The notes beneath the pieces were generated by a model. The model ran no database searches. It saw nothing but the letters and a program-made list of their open reading frames with translations, and was not told where the DNA came from. The translations under genes were made by a program, and so were the position numbers. Source: a virus (Duplodnaviria > Caudoviricetes). From it: a stretch of DNA of 32,413 nt. Below are positions 1 to 9,732 of the stretch, in pieces. Numbering within the stretch: position 1 is the stretch's first letter; each line of letters starts with the position of its first letter. Location of the stretch: the IMG/VR virus record IMGVR_UViG_3300012665_000298, positions 1 through 32,413 of that record. One strand, written 5' to 3'.

Positions 1-16
1 CATCAAAACTGATGAC

Positions 17-1003
17 ATGGCTATTGACAATCAACAAACGATTGTAGACACTACAGAAGTTGATAGTGAAGATGAACTTTCGGAAGAAAAAGTTCTTTCA
101 TATTTGGGAAAAAGATACGGTAAAGAAATCAATTCATTTGATGACTTAGTTCAAGAGAGAACTGATTCTGAGGAGTTGGATGAAGAGATTGCTACGTATT
201 TAAAATATAAGAAGGAGACAGGTAGAGGTTTCGAAGACTTTAAACAATTGAATAAAGACTACGATGCAATGGACTCTGATCAACTTCTTAGAGCTTACCT
301 ATCTGCTACGCAGGAAGGTCTTGACTCTGACGATATCGATGTTCTTATGGATGAGTATTCATACGATGAGGATTTTGATGATGAGTCAGATATCAAGAAG
401 ATTAAGCTCAAAATGAAAAAGTCTGTAAATGAGGCGAAGAAATTCTTCAATCAACAGAAGGAAAAATACAGAGTTCCGCTTGAGTCAAGTAGATCCTCTA
501 TTCCTGAAGAAGATAAGGAAGAGTATGAGTCTTATAAACAGTATATACAATCGTCTAAGAATCAACAGGAGGAAAGCGAGCGTAAGAGTAAGTGGTTCGA
601 ACAAAAGACAGATGAGGTCTTTGGTGGAGAGTTCAAAGGTTTTGAGTTCAATATCGGAGAGAAAAACATCACATTTGCACCGGGAGATGCCACCGAACTG
701 AAAAAGTTGCAATCAAATCCATACAGCTTCATATCGAAGTATTTGGATGAGAATGGAATGATGAAGGACGCAGCTGGATACCATAGATCATTAGCGATGG
801 CACTGAACCCTGAAAAGTTTGCCAAGTTCTTTTATGAGCAAGGCCAATCAGATGCCACAGATGATGTGACGCGTAAGATAAAAAACATTAATATGTCTGA
901 ACGTCAAACACCTGTAAGCGTTAATAAGGGAGAAGTAAAAGTAAAAGCTGTTAATCCTGACTCCGGAAGAGGACTCAAGATTCGCAGTATTAAAAATGTT
1001 TAA
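17..1003 (+). CDS. Putative capsid scaffolding/assembly protein (possibly 5'-truncated by the window edge)
   Basis: Very acidic, helical 328-aa ORF directly upstream of the major capsid gene. The frame is open back to position 2, so the real start may lie outside the window. Function inferred from position and composition. Confidence 0.55.
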   Translation: MAIDNQQTIVDTTEVDSEDELSEEKVLSYLGKRYGKEINSFDDLVQERTDSEELDEEIATYLKYKKETGRGFEDFKQLNKDYDAMDSDQLLRAYLSATQEGLDSDDIDVLMDEYSYDEDFDDESDIKKIKLKMKKSVNEAKKFFNQQKEKYRVPLESSRSSIPEEDKEEYESYKQYIQSSKNQQEESERKSKWFEQKTDEVFGGEFKGFEFNIGEKNITFAPGDATELKKLQSNPYSFISKYLDENGMMKDAAGYHRSLAMALNPEKFAKFFYEQGQSDATDDVTRKIKNINMSERQTPVSVNKGEVKVKAVNPDSGRGLKIRSIKNV

Positions 1004-1022
1004 CCTTTAAAAAAAAGAAAAA

Positions 1023-2462
1023 ATGGCTTTAAATTCAACGCCCGGATATAACTTGCAGCCGAATGCGCAGCAAGTAGCGTTATCCACAAATTACATTACT
1101 GACTTCAACTTTTTGAATCAGTACCTTCCTGACACTTACGAAAAAGAATTCGAGCGTTACGGAAATCGTACAGTTGCATCTTTCTTACGTATGGTAGGAG
1201 CAGAGATGCCGTCTAACTCTGACATGGTTAAGTGGGCAGAGCAAGGTCGTTTGCATACTAAGTATGTTAACTGTGATTCAAGTGCAGCACAATTTTCAGA
1301 TACAGCTACAATTACTGTAAATGATGTTCTTATTCCATCTGCAACAGGTAAACCAATCGCTATCCGTCCAGGACAAACTGTATCTATCTCTGCTAACACA
1401 GGTGGTGCTTCTAACAAAGCAATCGTTACTGCAGTTAACACAACATTAGGTACATTCGATGTAGCTTACTACGAAGGAGCAGGACAAGCATTTACAGGTA
1501 CAGACGTATTGACTGTATGGATCTACGGTTCTGAGTTCCGTAAAGGAACAAACGGTATGCAAGGTTCATTAGAGGCTGACGATATCTTCTTCGACAACTC
1601 TCCAATCATCATCAAAGATAAATACTCTGTATCAGGTTCTGATATGGCGCAAATCGGATGGGTTGAGATCGAAACAGAGAACGGAGCTAACGGATACCTT
1701 TGGTATTTGAAATCAGAGCACGAAACTCGTTTACGTTTTGAAGATTACTTAGAGACTGCAATGATCGAGGCTGTACCAGCTGAAACAGGATCAGGAGCTG
1801 CTAATCAAACAGCAAATGCTCAAGTTGGTAACAAAGGATCTGAAGGAGTATTCTACGTAGTAAACAACCGCGGAAACGTATGGGGTGGTGGTAACCCAAC
1901 TACATTGGGTGATTACGATACAATTATCTCTCGTTTGGACAAACAAGGTTCTATCGAAGAAAACGTATTGTTCTTAAACCGTGACTTCAGCTTAGACGTT
2001 GATGATATGTTGGCTGCACAAAACTCTTACGGAGCAGGTGGTACGTCTTACGGATTGTTTGATAACGACAAAGACATGGCTTTGAACTTAGGTTTCACAG
2101 GTTTCCGTCGTGGTTCTTACGATTTCTACAAAACAGACTGGAAATACTTGAACGATCCAACAATGCGTGGTGGTCTTCCAACAGGAGCATCTGCAACAGG
2201 TACAGTAACAGGTTTATTGGTTCCTGCAGGTTCAACAACTGTATACGATCAAATCATGGGTCAAAACGCGAAACGTCCGTTCTTACACGTTCGTTACCGT
2301 ACAGTTAACGCTGAAGACCGTCGTTACAAAACTTGGATCACAGGTTCTGCTGGTGGAGCGCAAACAAGCGACTTAGATGCTATGGAGGTAAACTTCTTGT
2401 CTGAGCGTTGTGTATGTACACTTGGAGCGAATAACTTCGTATTGTTCCGTTACGGAGCATAA
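1023..2462 (+). CDS. Major capsid protein (HK97-fold, crAss-like/Bacteroidota podovirus type)
   Basis: 479 aa with strongly biased high-expression codons (TTC, AAC, TAC, CGT, GGT), an A-rich leader and a downstream terminator. It sits at the head of the structural operon, and the sequence (WAEQGRLH, YGSEF.KG, GYLWYLK) resembles Bacteroidota phage MCPs as I recall them. Confidence 0.85.
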   Translation: MALNSTPGYNLQPNAQQVALSTNYITDFNFLNQYLPDTYEKEFERYGNRTVASFLRMVGAEMPSNSDMVKWAEQGRLHTKYVNCDSSAAQFSDTATITVNDVLIPSATGKPIAIRPGQTVSISANTGGASNKAIVTAVNTTLGTFDVAYYEGAGQAFTGTDVLTVWIYGSEFRKGTNGMQGSLEADDIFFDNSPIIIKDKYSVSGSDMAQIGWVEIETENGANGYLWYLKSEHETRLRFEDYLETAMIEAVPAETGSGAANQTANAQVGNKGSEGVFYVVNNRGNVWGGGNPTTLGDYDTIISRLDKQGSIEENVLFLNRDFSLDVDDMLAAQNSYGAGGTSYGLFDNDKDMALNLGFTGFRRGSYDFYKTDWKYLNDPTMRGGLPTGASATGTVTGLLVPAGSTTVYDQIMGQNAKRPFLHVRYRTVNAEDRRYKTWITGSAGGAQTSDLDAMEVNFLSERCVCTLGANNFVLFRYGA

Positions 2463-2475
2463 TCAAAACAAATAT

Positions 2476-2506
2476 GAGAGGGGCAGCAATGTCCCTCTCT
2501 ATTTTT
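2476..2506 (+). terminator. Rho-independent terminator after MCP
   Basis: GAGAGGGGCA-GCAA-TGTCCCTCTC hairpin (GNRA loop, one G-U pair) followed by TATTTTT. Confidence 0.85.
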
Positions 2507-2526
2507 AAATAATTAAATTATATCTA

Positions 2527-3288
2527 ATGAAAACACCGAACACAAAACCTGCGGTAGCAGACAAGGTCTATAAACTAAAAAATGACGCTGCACCACTTTC
2601 TTTTACATTACCATCAAGAAGTACGAAACGATTTCAGTTACTTTGGTTTGATGAAGAGAACAATGTAAATCGCCCATTGCGATATGCGATAAATCAAAAA
2701 TCACCATTCGAAGACGAGCAAGACGGAAATGCAATTGTAGATCAAATTGTATTTGAAGATGGATTCTTGCACGTGCCAAAAACAAACCCTGTATTACAAA
2801 AGTTTCTTTACTACCATCCATTAAATGGATCTTCATTCGTTGAGGTTAATCACGAGAAAGATGCAGAGCAAGAGGTTGAGTGGTTGTTCTACGAAGCAGA
2901 TGCGCTTATTAAAGCACGTGAGCTTTCACTAGAAGAAATTGAGTTGATGACAAGAGTATTATTTAATAGAGACCCATCTCGTTTTACAACTGCAGAGTTG
3001 AAACGTGATATCTTGGTATACGCTAAGAGAGACCCACGTGGATTCTTGAACGTATTAGATGACTCATCGTTAAAGACTAAGTCTCATGTACGTTCATTCT
3101 TTGAAGCCAAGTTATTGGTATTCAGAAACAGTAACAAAGAGATTTGGTTTAACACGCCATCTAACAAAAAGAGAATGGTCACTATTCCATTTGGAGAAGA
3201 CCCATACGAGGTAGCTACGCAATTCCTTCAAAGTGACGAAGGTATTGAATCTTTAAAAATGCTTGATAGCAATATGGAGCTACTTTAG
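2527..3288 (+). CDS. Conserved phage protein following MCP (function unknown, possibly virion assembly)
   Basis: 253-aa ORF with an AT-rich leader, bounded by two terminators. No catalytic motif recognised. Confidence 0.6.
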   Translation: MKTPNTKPAVADKVYKLKNDAAPLSFTLPSRSTKRFQLLWFDEENNVNRPLRYAINQKSPFEDEQDGNAIVDQIVFEDGFLHVPKTNPVLQKFLYYHPLNGSSFVEVNHEKDAEQEVEWLFYEADALIKARELSLEEIELMTRVLFNRDPSRFTTAELKRDILVYAKRDPRGFLNVLDDSSLKTKSHVRSFFEAKLLVFRNSNKEIWFNTPSNKKRMVTIPFGEDPYEVATQFLQSDEGIESLKMLDSNMELL

Positions 3289-3310
3289 TAAGGATATATA
3301 TAGAGAGGAG

Positions 3311-3340
3311 AAAGGGGTTACATAATGTGCCCCTTTTTTT
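3311..3340 (+). terminator. Rho-independent terminator
   Basis: AAAGGGG...CCCCTTT stem with an internal ACAT/ATGT pairing, followed by a T7 tract. Confidence 0.75.
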
Positions 3341-3342
3341 AT

Positions 3343-3350
3343 TACCTTTG
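3343..3350 (+). promoter_or_regulatory. Bacteroidota housekeeping-sigma -7 promoter element (TAnnTTTG)
   Basis: TACCTTTG in an intergenic gap, immediately after a terminator and 14 nt before the ATG at 3365. Confidence 0.65.
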
Positions 3351-3364
3351 TAAAAAGGATTATA

Positions 3365-4108
3365 ATGATAAATTCGGTTAGAAACACAGTACTATCTATA
3401 CTCAACAAAAATAACTACGGTTATATCTCACCTTCAGATTTCAACTTACTTGCGTTACAAGCGCAGATGGAGTTATTTGATGAATTGTTTAGTGGCTATA
3501 ATAAAGTAATTAACATGGAGAACTCTCGTATGTCAGGTACTGACTACGCAGATATTGGAAAGAGTTCGGCAGAGGTATTAGAGTCTTTCTTAGTAAATGA
3601 CTTCTTGACTCAGGTGTCACCACTGACAAATGAGTACTACTTACCATCGTTAACAACTACAGGATATAGTCCTTACATGATAAGTAAGATTACTTGCTAC
3701 GATCCAAATACTTCATTAAGATTAAAGGATGCTGAGAAGGTAAGTAATGGAAATATTAATCTATTACTAGACTCTCCACTAACATCGCCAAGCTTATTGT
3801 ACCCGGCATATATAATTGAAGGGGAAAAGGTTTTAGTTTATCCGGAGATTATCAATGGTGTAAACTCATTGAAGTGTTCTTACTTTAGAACACCGTTAGC
3901 TCCTAAGTGGACGTACATCAACTTACTAAATGGTGAGCCTGCATTTGACCAAACACAGCCTGACTATCAGGACTTCGAGTTGCCAACAGAAGATGAGTAC
4001 AAGTTAGTTACAAAAATCCTTCAGTACTGTGGTGTCGTTATTCGTGAGTCTGAGGTAGCTCAGTTTGCAGCAGCACAACAACAGCAAGCAGAACCAACAT
4101 TTACTTAA
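3365..4108 (+). CDS. Tail ring/tubular (adaptor) protein, P22 gp4-like/crAss-like ring protein
   Basis: N-terminus (V...LNK...GYISP.DFN..A..AQ) and C-terminal Y.R.P..PKW...DFELP pattern match crAss-like ring proteins as recalled. Located between capsid and muzzle genes. Confidence 0.65.
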   Translation: MINSVRNTVLSILNKNNYGYISPSDFNLLALQAQMELFDELFSGYNKVINMENSRMSGTDYADIGKSSAEVLESFLVNDFLTQVSPLTNEYYLPSLTTTGYSPYMISKITCYDPNTSLRLKDAEKVSNGNINLLLDSPLTSPSLLYPAYIIEGEKVLVYPEIINGVNSLKCSYFRTPLAPKWTYINLLNGEPAFDQTQPDYQDFELPTEDEYKLVTKILQYCGVVIRESEVAQFAAAQQQQAEPTFT

Positions 4109-4117
4109 TAATAAGAC

Positions 4118-5041
4118 ATGGCATATATTTCACAGTATCAGTATTATGAGAACGGGGGCAATGCTCCCGAAGATGCTAATTGGGGTTCGTATCAATACGT
4201 TAGTTTAACTGAGATTGTTACAAACTTCCAATTAATGTATTCAGGTAACCACTCGTTAATTAATAATGAGGAGCGTTACAAGATCTTGTTCCACGCAAAG
4301 CGTGCGATTCAAGAGTTAAACTACGATGCGTTCAAGGAGATCAAGGTATTAGAGTTAGACGTATGCGAGAAGCTACGTTTTGTACTTCCTTCGGACTACG
4401 TTAATTGGGTTCGTATATCTATGTACAAAGATGGGTACCTATACCCATTATCAGAAAACATTCAGACGTTGTCATCGAAAGCTTACTTACAGGACAACAA
4501 CTGTAACATCTTGTTTGATCAGGATGGTAATGTACTTGAGCCTCAGTTCTCTCAGATTGACTGGGATAGAATTACTAATACAAAGAAGAGCATATACCTT
4601 AACCATGGAAATCAGTTTGATGGCCAAGAAGGTTACTGCTGTGATGGTAATTGGTACTTTGACTACGCAATTGGAACTCGATACGGATTAAATACAGAGA
4701 CAGCTAATAGAAATCCTACATTTAATATTGATAAGAAGGCAGGAGTTATTAACTTTGACTCAGGTATGGCTAATCAGTCTTGTATACTTGAGTACGTATC
4801 TGATGGTATGGAGAACGGTGATAATAGTTTAATTACCGTAAACAAGTTATTTGAGAAGTATGTATACGCTTATATTCAGTATGAGATACTTAACTCTAAG
4901 TTAGGTGTACAAGAGTACGTAATTAGTCGTGCACGCAAGGAGAAGACAGCTCTTTGGCGTAATGCAAAAATTAGAATAAGTAACATACATCCTGGAAGAC
5001 TCTTAATGAACATGAGAGGAATGGATAAGTTCATGAAGTAA
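4118..5041 (+). CDS. Tail ring/tubular structural protein
   Basis: 307 aa with a LPSDYVNWVRI motif and a late 'ILEYVSDG...YVYAYI' segment typical of ring/adaptor proteins. Directly upstream of the muzzle gene. Confidence 0.6.
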   Translation: MAYISQYQYYENGGNAPEDANWGSYQYVSLTEIVTNFQLMYSGNHSLINNEERYKILFHAKRAIQELNYDAFKEIKVLELDVCEKLRFVLPSDYVNWVRISMYKDGYLYPLSENIQTLSSKAYLQDNNCNILFDQDGNVLEPQFSQIDWDRITNTKKSIYLNHGNQFDGQEGYCCDGNWYFDYAIGTRYGLNTETANRNPTFNIDKKAGVINFDSGMANQSCILEYVSDGMENGDNSLITVNKLFEKYVYAYIQYEILNSKLGVQEYVISRARKEKTALWRNAKIRISNIHPGRLLMNMRGMDKFMK

Positions 5042-5042
5042 T

Positions 5043-8000
5043 ATGGCAAACATAACAAGAAACTTTACTGCAGGCCGAATGAACAAGCTCGTTGACCAAC
5101 GACTTGTGCCTAATGGTGAATACGTAGATGCATTGAACGTAAGAATGGGTTCCACTGAGCAATCAGAGATGGGTGTTATTGAGAACACTAAAGGAAACCT
5201 ACCACTTACAGAGATTGGTTATATAGACGGAACTCCGTTAAGTATTGAGGCAAGATGTATCGGTGCGTTTGAGGATGGATCAAGAGAGACAGTGTATTGG
5301 TTTGTACATGATCCTAACTTTCCTACAGGGGCCACAGGAAAGCTTGACCTTATCATGTCATTTAATACGTTAACTAACATACTAACGTATCACGTTATTA
5401 GTATTGACAATGGCGATGGTATAGACACAACGCTTAATTTCAATCCAAAGTACTTAATTACAGCTGTAAATAAGATAGATGACTTATTATTTTTCTCTGA
5501 TGACTACAATCCACCAAGATGGATCAATGTAACAGAGAACTATGCTAACCCGTCACCAACAAATATTGATTACTATGTTGCAGTTCCTCCAACTGCTATA
5601 GCACCTCATCCTGAGATTTTAAGTGAGAGACTTAAGGTTGTTAAGAAACCACCAGTTGAATCACCTACGTTTCAGTTAACAAATGTTGGAGGACAACAAA
5701 ACTTTTTGCATGATAACTTTATCTGCTTTGCATATCGTTATCGTTATGAAGATAGTCAGTACTCTGCAATATCTCAGTTTACTTTACCAGCATTTTTACC
5801 GGGGTCATTTGATTTCTCAGTAAATAGTATGCTGAATAATGGTATGCAGAATGCAGCAAATACAGCAATTATTACCTACAACTCAGGTGGGCCACTTGTA
5901 GTTGGAATTGACTTATTATTTAAGGATGCGAGTAATAATATCATAAAGGTAATTGAGAAATTAAATAAAGCTGATCTTGGTTTAGTTGATAATACTGACT
6001 ATACTTATACATTTTCAAATAGTAAGATATTTACAATACTACCTGATTATGAAATACTTAGGTTGTATGATAACGTACCTAGGTTAGCCAAGGCACAGAC
6101 TATTATGGGTAATCGTTTGATGTATGGAAACTACCTTGAAGGATATGATCTGCTTGATAAGTACGGAAATCCTGTAAACTTTCAATACTATACAGAGTTA
6201 AAGACTGAGGATATTGGTTTAGCTACATTGGAAGATGATACACAATCAGGTAATTATAATATTGATGGAGCGACAAGTATATCTAATGCAGTCCTTTCTT
6301 TTGACTTATCTGGAATTAGTCTAACTGCTGGAGCAAATATTTCTTTTGATGTAACATTAAATCATAATTCTTTTTCAGGCAGTACACCATTTCCTACAGA
6401 AGAAAATGCTAGTTTAAATATTTCATTCTCATTTATACTTCCTATAAACTATTCATCTGCATACGAATTAGCTACAAGTGTAATATTTCAAGAAGCAATC
6501 GGAATAGCTTCTAATATACAGCCAATTGCAAATGCTTGCAATGGTACAACTATGACAGATGCATTTAACTGTGCACTAATACAAAACTTAAATACATACA
6601 TAAAATACAATAGTGGAATCAATGCTATAGGTGAGCCAATATTAATTGGAACAACCCCAAGTAGTAGCATTATAACATTACAGTTTCCTGCTGCAGTATA
6701 CGTTGACAATATTACAACTCCAACATATACAGTATACGAGTATCTTGGTATAGGGTCATCTACTGTAACTTATCAAGACATATCTAATACCCAAAGTTTA
6801 CATAGTAATAGAGGTTACGAGATTGGTATTGTTTACATGGATGATTTTAATAGATCAACTACAGCATTAGTAAGTAAGAATAATACAGTCAATATTCCAT
6901 GTGGTAATTCTAAGTTTAAGAATTACATAAGAGTCACTATACCTAGTTCACCTGTACCGCAGATTGCTCCGGAGTGGGCAACAAGATATAAGTTTGTTAT
7001 TAAGCCTGACAAAGAAGATTATAATACAGTTTATTCAAACTTATTCTTTGAGGATCCTGAGACAAATAATACTTACTTTCTTCTAGAGGGGGAGAATACT
7101 AGAAAAGTTGAGACGGGAATGAGATTAATTGTTAAGTCAGATACATCAGGACCTACACAAAATTGTGTATTTGCAACTGTACTTGATAAACAAGCTGAAC
7201 AAGCTGATTTTATTACCGTACCTAGTACGTTATATCCTGGAGTTAATATACCTGTACCTACAGGTGTGTATATGAAGATAAATGCTAATAATTTCAATGC
7301 AATATTTGATGAGCAATCAGTTATTGCACCGGGATTAGTTCGAGCTGAAACCTCTTTGGGAGGCTTTCAATATCCTTATGTAAATTATAGTATGAATATA
7401 TTTAATCCTGTGACAATTACGTATGAGGATTATACAGTTCCTGCAGGTAGTAAGATTCAAATGTATTTTAAGTTTGAAAGACAGGGAACTAATAACTGTG
7501 AGAAAAGAATATATACATTAAATCTAGAATTAATCTCCAAGGCAAATTACAATAATATGCAGGATTGGTGGAATTATGATAATGTAGCATCTTTATTAAA
7601 TTCAGGAGTTGCTGAAATAGACGCTACAAGTTCGTGTCCAATGGATAACGTATATGATCCAATAACACAAACATTTCCGGGTCCTATACCAACGGGGATT
7701 GGATGTTTGACCTTAGCAAACTATTATCATTTTGTTAGAGAACCATTGACTAATGCATTATACCTTGGAGTACAAGGGCCTCTAAATTGTAATACAACAC
7801 AAAATAAAGCTAAATCATCTGTAGAAGTAAACATTACAGTATTTAGATCAGAAAGTACATTTATATTTGAGACAGAGCCTAATGAGGCTAATCCGGATAT
7901 ATTCTTTGAAAGTGATCAATCGTTTGAGATTGACTCAAATGGAAATCATAGAGGAAATGTACTAAACCAAAACTTAGGTTTGGGTATTCCTGCTGTTATC

Positions 8001-9722
8001 GATACTAGCTTCTTTAACTGCTACGCATTTGGTAATGGAGCTGAGAGCTACAAGATACTTGACTCAATTGTCGGTGATACATTTAACTTGGGTAACCGAG
8101 TTACTGCTGTAGCCAATGAAGACTATAAGGCAGCAAGAAGGGTGTCAGACATGACCTATAGTGGTGTATACAACAACGAGACAAACATAAATAAACTAAA
8201 CGAGTTCAACCTGGGCTTGCTTAACTTTAAGCCGCTTCAGAATGCATTCGGACCTATCTACATACTAGATGCTCGTCAGACTGACGTACTTGTACTACAG
8301 GAAGATAAGATATCCTACGTGTTAGCAGGTAAGAACCTATTGTCTGATGCTGCCGGTGGTGGAGCTGTTACATCTGTGCCTGAGGTACTAGGTACACAGA
8401 TCGCACGTACTGAGAAGTATGGTATTAGCTTCAACCCTGAGAGTTATATCCATTGGGGATACGACAGATACTTTACAGACTCTAAACGAGGAGCTGTTAT
8501 TCAGTTGAAAGGTGGAATGGGAGAGATGGATCAGTTAGCTGTTATATCTGAGGATAACATGAGTACTTGGTTCCGTGACTTATTTATTACTGACTTCAAT
8601 ACTCAGAAGCTTGGTGCATACGATCCATACTTGGATGAGTACGTATTAAGCTCTAACAACATTACTATACCAACTGTAACAGAGTGTTTAGCTTGTGGTG
8701 TTACTCAAGAGTTTACATTTACTGAATCTGTTAAAGGATTTGAGTACTGCGTAAACGTTGGTCCTATTGTAGGTGACGTAGAGATTACGTACAACGTAAT
8801 ATCACTTCCAGTTGATGGAGAGTTCCAAGTTCAAGCTGAGTACGATGGTAATACTTTTTCAACGGGTATTGTTAACACATCAGGTTCATTAATAGTTGAT
8901 AAGACTTTGAACACAGTTGACACTGTATTGGTATCTATTGGTACAAACGGTCCTGCTGTTCTTCAGATTAGCGTTAACTGTCCTACAGCGAATACGCTTA
9001 AAATTGTTGAGGTTGTATTGACAGCTGCATCTGAGGCAGGGCAAACAATTCGTACAGAGTACAGATACACAGACGGAGCATACGTTGGTTCATTACAGTC
9101 TAACCTAGTGTTCTTTGATACAGGAACTAATCCAGTAGTGTCAAGGTATAACACAGTCATTGGCTTCCAAGGAACTGCAAGTATCCCAACTGATAACAGC
9201 ACGATGAGAATGATATCAAGTGGAGGTGGCGTACTTACGTTCCAATTTGATCCTGCAAATGATAGCTTCAAGTACTTAAGAACCAATACATTATACAATA
9301 ATAATACAGCTGAGATTAACGCACTAGTTGCTGCATCAAATACAGCTACTCCAATATTAGGAGCAGGTGATTATTTTTATGCTGACTTTAACGTTGGAAC
9401 TACAGACAATTATTTATATTTGATATGGGATTTGAGAAACTCAGTTCCTGCTGATTTGTGCTACTCAGCTACAGCAGACGGTATTACAAGTATATGCTGT
9501 GACTGTGATCCATGTTCGGATCCATGTAAGACTTGGAGTTTTAGAAATGTTGGAGAGGGAACAGCTCAGGTAGAGTATACAGATTGTAATGGAGTTGTCC
9601 AGTTTCTTCCAATAGCTGAAAAAACAACAGAGGTAGTATGTGCATTAGCAACTGTACTTCCGGAAATACTATCAGGAAATATATTAATAACGGTTGTCCA
9701 AGAGTGTGGATGTCCAAACTAA
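5043..9722 (+). CDS. Tail muzzle/stabilisation protein (P22 gp10-like), N-terminal part, with inserted and C-terminal Cys-rich accessory domains
   Basis: N-terminal F..GRMNK..D.RLVPNGEY.DALNVR motif; VPRLAKAQ.IMGNRLMYGNY; late YGIS.NPES...RYFTD.KRGAV.L motifs typical of crAss-like stabilisation proteins. Beta-rich composition. Confidence 0.75.
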   Translation: MANITRNFTAGRMNKLVDQRLVPNGEYVDALNVRMGSTEQSEMGVIENTKGNLPLTEIGYIDGTPLSIEARCIGAFEDGSRETVYWFVHDPNFPTGATGKLDLIMSFNTLTNILTYHVISIDNGDGIDTTLNFNPKYLITAVNKIDDLLFFSDDYNPPRWINVTENYANPSPTNIDYYVAVPPTAIAPHPEILSERLKVVKKPPVESPTFQLTNVGGQQNFLHDNFICFAYRYRYEDSQYSAISQFTLPAFLPGSFDFSVNSMLNNGMQNAANTAIITYNSGGPLVVGIDLLFKDASNNIIKVIEKLNKADLGLVDNTDYTYTFSNSKIFTILPDYEILRLYDNVPRLAKAQTIMGNRLMYGNYLEGYDLLDKYGNPVNFQYYTELKTEDIGLATLEDDTQSGNYNIDGATSISNAVLSFDLSGISLTAGANISFDVTLNHNSFSGSTPFPTEENASLNISFSFILPINYSSAYELATSVIFQEAIGIASNIQPIANACNGTTMTDAFNCALIQNLNTYIKYNSGINAIGEPILIGTTPSSSIITLQFPAAVYVDNITTPTYTVYEYLGIGSSTVTYQDISNTQSLHSNRGYEIGIVYMDDFNRSTTALVSKNNTVNIPCGNSKFKNYIRVTIPSSPVPQIAPEWATRYKFVIKPDKEDYNTVYSNLFFEDPETNNTYFLLEGENTRKVETGMRLIVKSDTSGPTQNCVFATVLDKQAEQADFITVPSTLYPGVNIPVPTGVYMKINANNFNAIFDEQSVIAPGLVRAETSLGGFQYPYVNYSMNIFNPVTITYEDYTVPAGSKIQMYFKFERQGTNNCEKRIYTLNLELISKANYNNMQDWWNYDNVASLLNSGVAEIDATSSCPMDNVYDPITQTFPGPIPTGIGCLTLANYYHFVREPLTNALYLGVQGPLNCNTTQNKAKSSVEVNITVFRSESTFIFETEPNEANPDIFFESDQSFEIDSNGNHRGNVLNQNLGLGIPAVIDTSFFNCYAFGNGAESYKILDSIVGDTFNLGNRVTAVANEDYKAARRVSDMTYSGVYNNETNINKLNEFNLGLLNFKPLQNAFGPIYILDARQTDVLVLQEDKISYVLAGKNLLSDAAGGGAVTSVPEVLGTQIARTEKYGISFNPESYIHWGYDRYFTDSKRGAVIQLKGGMGEMDQLAVISEDNMSTWFRDLFITDFNTQKLGAYDPYLDEYVLSSNNITIPTVTECLACGVTQEFTFTESVKGFEYCVNVGPIVGDVEITYNVISLPVDGEFQVQAEYDGNTFSTGIVNTSGSLIVDKTLNTVDTVLVSIGTNGPAVLQISVNCPTANTLKIVEVVLTAASEAGQTIRTEYRYTDGAYVGSLQSNLVFFDTGTNPVVSRYNTVIGFQGTASIPTDNSTMRMISSGGGVLTFQFDPANDSFKYLRTNTLYNNNTAEINALVAASNTATPILGAGDYFYADFNVGTTDNYLYLIWDLRNSVPADLCYSATADGITSICCDCDPCSDPCKTWSFRNVGEGTAQVEYTDCNGVVQFLPIAEKTTEVVCALATVLPEILSGNILITVVQECGCPN

Positions 9723-9732
9723 ATAATTAAAT

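Noticed and set aside
1080-1088. Perfect DnaA box TTATCCACA inside the MCP gene
   Set aside because: A single 9-mer in 32 kb of AT-rich DNA is plausible by chance, and there is no cluster of boxes.
429-1441. Alternative-frame and antisense ORFs within the scaffold and MCP genes
   Set aside because: Typical shadow ORFs of biased codon usage, with no protein-like motifs.
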